NCBI GenBank assembly: GCA_900314925.1
Contig: OMXC01000005.1
Span: 34,346 to 98,345 of the forward strand
Direction: 5' to 3'
DNA: 64,000 nucleotides
From: an uncultured Bacteroidales bacterium
Lineage (GTDB): Bacteria > Bacteroidota > Bacteroidia > Bacteroidales > P3
Below, piece after piece: positions 59,834 to 64,000 of this stretch. The notes below the pieces were generated by a model. That model saw nothing but the letters and a program-made list of their open reading frames with translations. It ran no database searches and was not told the origin of the DNA. The first letter of the stretch is position 1. Each line of letters starts with the position of its first letter. The position numbers were made by a program, and so were the translations under genes.

Positions 59834-59866
59834 TGTCAGATTTTGCCCACCAAATGGGTATTATAT
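59834..59866 (+). promoter_or_regulatory. Conserved 33-nt upstream motif, copy b (lipoprotein gene)
   Basis: tgtcagattttgcccaccaaatgggtattatat lies 32 nt upstream of the ATG at 59898. Confidence 0.7.
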
Positions 59867-59897
59867 TGGTAGAACACCAACACAAAAAAACAACATT

Positions 59898-60314
59898 ATG
59901 AAAAAAACACATTTATTTATTACGGTGGCCATAGTCACCATGGCGTTGGCTTTTGCGGCCTGCGAAAAAGAAAAAGTGGTTGAACCCACACCTACACCTG
60001 CGGGCTACACCAACCCCCTCGTCGGTACCAAATGGCTCTATCACCACGACACCAACATAATGGGCATCCGTGTGGTACAGGAGCTGCGCCTTGCCTTCCA
60101 TTCCGACACCACAGGAGAAAGCTACATCGGCAGCGAGGACACCTACTCGCCATGGTGGGACACCACATACTCATTCCGTTACGTCTTTCATTCAGAGCTC
60201 AACGGCATTGAGTTATACGAGGATGAGTCGCCTTATCCAGCCTATTTCCGATACCACCCCGAAACCCAGACAATAACACAGCGAGAAACAGTGTTTCATT
60301 TGGATGAACAATAA
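59898..60314 (+). CDS. Hypothetical lipoprotein (paralogue A)
   Basis: 138 aa with lipobox LAFAAC. It shares NPLxGTxW and overall pattern with the next ORF. Confidence 0.65.
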   Translation: MKKTHLFITVAIVTMALAFAACEKEKVVEPTPTPAGYTNPLVGTKWLYHHDTNIMGIRVVQELRLAFHSDTTGESYIGSEDTYSPWWDTTYSFRYVFHSELNGIELYEDESPYPAYFRYHPETQTITQRETVFHLDEQ

Positions 60315-60332
60315 AAGAATGGAGATAATAAC

Positions 60333-60764
60333 ATGAAAAACACACGTTTATTTACAATGGCAGCCCTGATGGGCGTCCTGGTCTTCTCTGCCTGCAAAAA
60401 AGAAGAGAACACCCCCACTCCGGAAGTCCAACCCTATAACCCGCTGAAAGGAACCGTATGGGAATCCGAGCGGTATGAAACACCTGGCGGGGAGTTTCGC
60501 TCGTACACCGACCGCCTGCTGTTCAAGACCGGCACAACAGGCGAGATAGTATCCATCTTCAGCACCGTGTACTACAACGGTGACAACCCCGGCACCACAT
60601 GGGACACCACCGTTGCAATGACCTACGAGCTCGACACAGTGAACCATGAACTGTACATTCACTCCGACTACGCAGGAAATCCCAGCCGCCTGACATACAA
60701 CCTCGACGAAGAGACCATGACAGTGGTCGGAGGCGAGCAGAAGGTCTATATACGCGTAATGTAG
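60333..60764 (+). CDS. Hypothetical lipoprotein (paralogue B)
   Basis: 143 aa with lipobox LVFSAC. Paralogous to 59898-60314. Confidence 0.65.
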   Translation: MKNTRLFTMAALMGVLVFSACKKEENTPTPEVQPYNPLKGTVWESERYETPGGEFRSYTDRLLFKTGTTGEIVSIFSTVYYNGDNPGTTWDTTVAMTYELDTVNHELYIHSDYAGNPSRLTYNLDEETMTVVGGEQKVYIRVM

Positions 60765-60768
60765 ACCG

Positions 60769-62247
60769 TCAGAAGGAGAGATCCAGGTCGCGGTAGTTTA
60801 TAAAGATGTTGTTGCTGGCGGGAATGTGTTTTGCCCCAAGCGATACACGCCTGAGCGGCCTGGATCCCACCTTCACCCAAAAGGATCCTGTCGCCGATTT
60901 GCTGAAGGTGCGGTCGCCGATGTGATCTGTGTTTATCGGCAACGAACAGCGCCCCTTGCACTGTGCGGTAGCCACAAGGCGGCCCTGGGCATCGTAGACT
61001 TCTACCGGCTCGTCGTCTGCACCTTCGACCACAATGGTATTGCCCTTGACGATTATTGTCACCTCGGGCAGCGGGACGTGCTGCGGTTCGCAGGGGTCTA
61101 CAACATACTCAAAACCATCCCACTGCGGTGCATTGCGATAGGCTGACGAGGTGCCGCAGGGCACCAGCAGACGCACCGTGTCGGCCATACCGAAAAAGCA
61201 CCATTCGCCAGCCACAACTGGGGGCTCCGTGGCAAGAACCTCCAATGTGTCGATACCGGCGCACAGGGAGAAAGCATCTCTGCCCACGCTGGCCAGCGAG
61301 GCTGGCAACCTCACGCTGCGGATAGACGAGAGCGAGAAGAACGCACTGTCTGCCAGCGCCGTGACGGCATAGCTATGCCCGTCACGCTCCACCGTCTCAG
61401 GTACAATAACGTGCGCTCCGGCTGCGATACAAGACACCGCCACACCGCGCCCGTCATCCGAGAGGAAGCAGGCCAGCGTGTCGCCTGCTGCACCAAAGCA
61501 AAGAAAATCGTATTTCTGCCGCGGCTGCTGTGTTGGCACCTCGGCAGAGGGAGCCGGTTCCGTCTCCGTCGGTGACGCCTGTGGAGCGTGTACGGCCTGA
61601 ACGGTGTCGGCGGAAGACTCCGGAACCGACTTTGGCTCGTCGGTGGGCGTTTTTTTCTGCGCAGGTTCCTTTTTTTGATTATGACGCACTTTCTCCACCA
61701 CCGTCTTGCGCCACTGCGGCACCACGGCAATGGCCAGCGTGGTGGTGAACACCAGCAGAAGCAACACCCCCAACAGGCGTCGCAGCTTCACCGCAATGCG
61801 GTGAATGCGCTGGTAGACGGCGTCGTTGCTCAGCCCCATGATGGAAGCAATCTCGTTCGCCCTGAAACCTTCCATCCGCAGCCGCATGATGCGCTGTTCG
61901 TCGTGGCTGAGCGACGCCATCATGTCTTCTATGTCTTCCCTCTGCGCCTGCCCGTCCTCGGCGGCTATGCTCTCCTCGTGCATCGGCGTGAGCGGCAGCG
62001 TCTCCACGCGTCGTTTGCGCGTCTGGTGGTCCAGCGTGCTGCGTGTCACCCAACGCACCCACGCGCGTTCTTCGGCGGGCGTGACGCCGGGGCGCAACTC
62101 TTCGAAGTGCATCCACAACGCCACCGACACCTCCTGCACCAAGTCGCGACACCGTTCCCAATCGCCGCGCGCCTTCAGCCAGCACATGCGCCACACCGTG
62201 GCGCGGTGGCGGCGAAGCAATTCTGCGTATGCAATCTGACGCTCCAT
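60769..62247 (-). CDS. ECF sigma-70 domain fused to a TM helix and BspA-type leucine-rich-repeat extracytoplasmic domain (paralogue 2)
   Basis: I place the start at MERQIAYAELL. Region 2 is DLVQEVSVALWMH, the region 4 HTH is ANEIASIMGLSNDAVYQRIHRI, and the TM helix is LLGVLLLLVFTTTLAIAVV. These are followed by a Pro/Thr/Glu linker, LRR-like repeats (VTALADSAFFSLSSIRSVRLPASLASVGRDAFSLCAGIDTLEV) and a C-terminal module shared with paralogue 1. Confidence 0.75.
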   Translation of the reverse strand: MERQIAYAELLRRHRATVWRMCWLKARGDWERCRDLVQEVSVALWMHFEELRPGVTPAEERAWVRWVTRSTLDHQTRKRRVETLPLTPMHEESIAAEDGQAQREDIEDMMASLSHDEQRIMRLRMEGFRANEIASIMGLSNDAVYQRIHRIAVKLRRLLGVLLLLVFTTTLAIAVVPQWRKTVVEKVRHNQKKEPAQKKTPTDEPKSVPESSADTVQAVHAPQASPTETEPAPSAEVPTQQPRQKYDFLCFGAAGDTLACFLSDDGRGVAVSCIAAGAHVIVPETVERDGHSYAVTALADSAFFSLSSIRSVRLPASLASVGRDAFSLCAGIDTLEVLATEPPVVAGEWCFFGMADTVRLLVPCGTSSAYRNAPQWDGFEYVVDPCEPQHVPLPEVTIIVKGNTIVVEGADDEPVEVYDAQGRLVATAQCKGRCSLPINTDHIGDRTFSKSATGSFWVKVGSRPLRRVSLGAKHIPASNNIFINYRDLDLSF

Positions 62248-62252
62248 ATATA

Positions 62253-62285
62253 ATATAATACCCAACCGGCGGCCGAAATCTGACA
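62253..62285 (-). promoter_or_regulatory. Conserved 33-nt upstream motif, copy c (sigma-fusion paralogue 2)
   Basis: The minus strand reads tgtcagatttcggccgccggttgggtattatat. A TATTTTTG -7 box lies at 62294-62301. Confidence 0.7.
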
Positions 62286-62421
62286 CCGGGGTGCAAAAAT
62301 ACCGATAAAATTTTGCATTTTTGCACCTGCTGTCGGCAAAAAACCCTGCAATATCACCCTATATGCTGCTAATCAGCGCATAACAGGCTTTTTGGCAGTC
62401 GTGCGCAAAACCGTTTCTCCA

Positions 62422-62523
62422 CGGAGCCGGTACGGACCCCCTACGGACCCCCTTCGGCATTTCTTCAGTGGAAGGCCGTAGAAAGGCCGTACCGGGGCCG
62501 TAGAGACTCCGTAGGGGGGCCGG
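62422..62523. repeat. GC-rich palindromic repeat element, copy B
   Basis: Contains the 57-nt core identical to copy A (62433-62489), with flanking ccggtacgg / ccgtaccgg and cccctacgga / tccgtagggg inverted pairs. Confidence 0.9.
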
Positions 62524-62576
62524 GCTTATGCCACACAGATATGGTACAAGTGGCTAAAAAACAGGACTGTTCCCTT

Positions 62577-63338
62577 CTATAGTATCTTGTAGAACACCCC
62601 CATGGTGCCGTATATTGGGTAGAGGGCCTGCTCCACGGTCTTGAAGTCGGACTTGAAGATGCCTGTGAAGCCGACAGCGAGGTCGAGCGAGAAGCCCAGC
62701 CGTGGCAGCGGCATCCAGTCGACGCCCACCGCAGCGCCGGCCTGCAGCTTGCGCAGGTCGTCGGAGAAGTCGTATGTGGCCTGGGTCTCAGGAGTGTCAC
62801 CGATGATTATTTTGGGGCCCGTCGGGTCGCCACGGCGTATGTAACCGTCAGAAGCTGTGCCGGAGAACTTTCCGCTCAACAGCAGCGAACCGTAGACACC
62901 GGCACGGAGGTTGACAGCGGGACTCACGGAGAAGGTGGCGCACACCGGCAGTGTCAGCACCAGCATGGATATCTGCTGGCTTACATGGCCGGTAAAGACG
63001 CCATCCAGGCCCTCCGCCCCCTGCCTCATCTCCATCCGGTAGCACTTGGTCCTCACAGCGACATCCATGGCCTTGTTTTCCACAAACAAGCCGACAGACA
63101 CTCCCAATTGATTGCCCACCAGCTTTGTAGCATCAACGCCCGCACGGAACGACGGAGTGAGGCGGAAGGCGTCAATGCCAAGGATCTCAGCAGGCATGCC
63201 GTAGGGTGACGATGCACCGACGCTGTAGCCCGCGCGGGCTCTGACCGACAAGCCATCGCCGAACCCCTCGGCCCTGACGCTCGCCGACGATGCCGTCACG
63301 ACGAGAACCAATATGCTTAATACTATCTTTTTCATCAT
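62577..63338 (-). CDS. Outer-membrane beta-barrel (porin-family) protein
   Basis: 253 aa with a signal peptide, alternating hydrophobic beta-strand pattern and an aromatic C-terminus (GVFYKIL). Confidence 0.65.
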   Translation of the reverse strand: MMKKIVLSILVLVVTASSASVRAEGFGDGLSVRARAGYSVGASSPYGMPAEILGIDAFRLTPSFRAGVDATKLVGNQLGVSVGLFVENKAMDVAVRTKCYRMEMRQGAEGLDGVFTGHVSQQISMLVLTLPVCATFSVSPAVNLRAGVYGSLLLSGKFSGTASDGYIRRGDPTGPKIIIGDTPETQATYDFSDDLRKLQAGAAVGVDWMPLPRLGFSLDLAVGFTGIFKSDFKTVEQALYPIYGTMGVFYKIL

Positions 63339-64000
63339 CTTGCAGCTTTACTTATGTTGTAGGTAACCTCCACTTCGTCGACATAGAGCGTGCTTCCGAT
63401 AGCACCCTCGAAGTTGTCGCCGCCCTTGCTCGAAGAGAAGACGAGCGTCATGCTGTAGCCGAAAGCCGCCAGCACCTCAGGGTCTACGGCCCCTTCGTCG
63501 AAGGTCATCTCAAAGGGCGTCCACTCGCTGGTGGCTGGCAGCGAGGCCACCTGCGCCCTGCTGACGACATAGGGGCTGGTGAGCACGTTGTCGCCATAGA
63601 GGTTCACGCGCTCGCCGGCGCTGTTCTGGTTGCGGAAGAACACCGCATAGATGTTGGCCTCGTCGGTACGCCCTTCCACGACATCCATATTGGCATCAGT
63701 ATATTCGGCGCCGGGCTGGTACTTGTAATAACCAGTCACCTTGACAGGCTGCCTGTTCACAGGGATGCCGAACACCGTGCATTTGAGCGGGTTGCTGAGG
63801 ACCTGACCGGCATCAAAGGAGCCAATGAACAGGTTGCCGGCGGCTATCGGCTTGTGTATCATGCGCCCCAAGACACCAGCATCAATGGTTTTCAGGCAGA
63901 CGCCTTTGCCCTGATAGCCGCTGGCGGTCGAGCTTGTGGGGTACTGCTCAGGCGTGAAGTCGCTGTGTACCATGGCCACACCTGCGTTGCCCGACGCCCA
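63335..64000 (-). CDS. PCMD (putative carbohydrate metabolism) domain protein, 5' end outside window
   Basis: The ORF is open to the window edge. KVTGYYKYQPG...ANIYAVFF...SSSKGGDNFEGAIGSTLYVDEVEV resembles the PCMD domain. Its stop overlaps the next start by 4 nt. Confidence 0.6.
   Translation of the reverse strand, partial: WASGNAGVAMVHSDFTPEQYPTSSTASGYQGKGVCLKTIDAGVLGRMIHKPIAAGNLFIGSFDAGQVLSNPLKCTVFGIPVNRQPVKVTGYYKYQPGAEYTDANMDVVEGRTDEANIYAVFFRNQNSAGERVNLYGDNVLTSPYVVSRAQVASLPATSEWTPFEMTFDEGAVDPEVLAAFGYSMTLVFSSSKGGDNFEGAIGSTLYVDEVEVTYNISKAAR

Overview
This is a chromosomal window from a Bacteroidota (Bacteroidales-type) genome. The assignment rests on gene order, many TAnnTTTG -7 promoter boxes just upstream of starts, lipoprotein signal peptides and a T9SS-type C-terminal tail. 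I cannot resolve the genus from sequence alone. Positions 1-14.6 kb hold the canonical minus-strand expression cluster: a tRNA-Thr/Tyr/Gly/Thr operon, tuf, tRNA-Trp, secE, nusG, rplK, rplA, rplJ, rplL, rpoB and rpoC, with hpf and a xerC/D-like recombinase upstream. Positions 15.5-22.6 kb carry an ATPase, an ECF sigma operon ending in a T9SS-tailed S8 peptidase homologue with degenerate catalytic motifs, and a MerR gene whose 5' end is tandemly duplicated. Positions 22.7-32.4 kb and 36-57.7 kb are mostly housekeeping genes: LptD-like, amidase-SPOR, ABC ATPase, pyrF, dus, cupin, hxlR, a DnaQ-like exonuclease, DUF1295-like, CDF transporter, radical SAM, smpB, lysC, aroB, tRNA-Lys, TPR, rsmA, U32 peptidase, WbqC-like, mnmG, ybeY, an RsbW-like kinase, a 1130-aa coiled-coil membrane protein and an SDR. 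The best candidate for an undescribed system lies at 32.4-36.0 kb, between the exonuclease and DUF1295-like genes. It is a tight four-gene minus-strand operon encoding a 187-aa unknown protein, a 202-aa PD-(D/E)xK-like protein, an 87-aa double zinc ribbon and a 300-aa WYL regulator. The first three genes are AT-rich. About 1 kb of palindrome-rich non-coding DNA follows, ending in an orphan copy of the WYL gene 3' end. A second notable locus at 58.8-62.3 kb has two paralogous ECF-sigma/transmembrane/extracytoplasmic-domain fusion proteins and two paralogous lipoproteins, linked by a conserved 33-nt upstream motif. Intergenic DNA in this window is unusually rich in 7-, 8- and 11-bp tandem arrays and in GC-rich palindromic repeat elements. 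No rRNA, CRISPR array, transposase or prophage genes were seen. All product calls come from motif reading by eye; no database searches were run.
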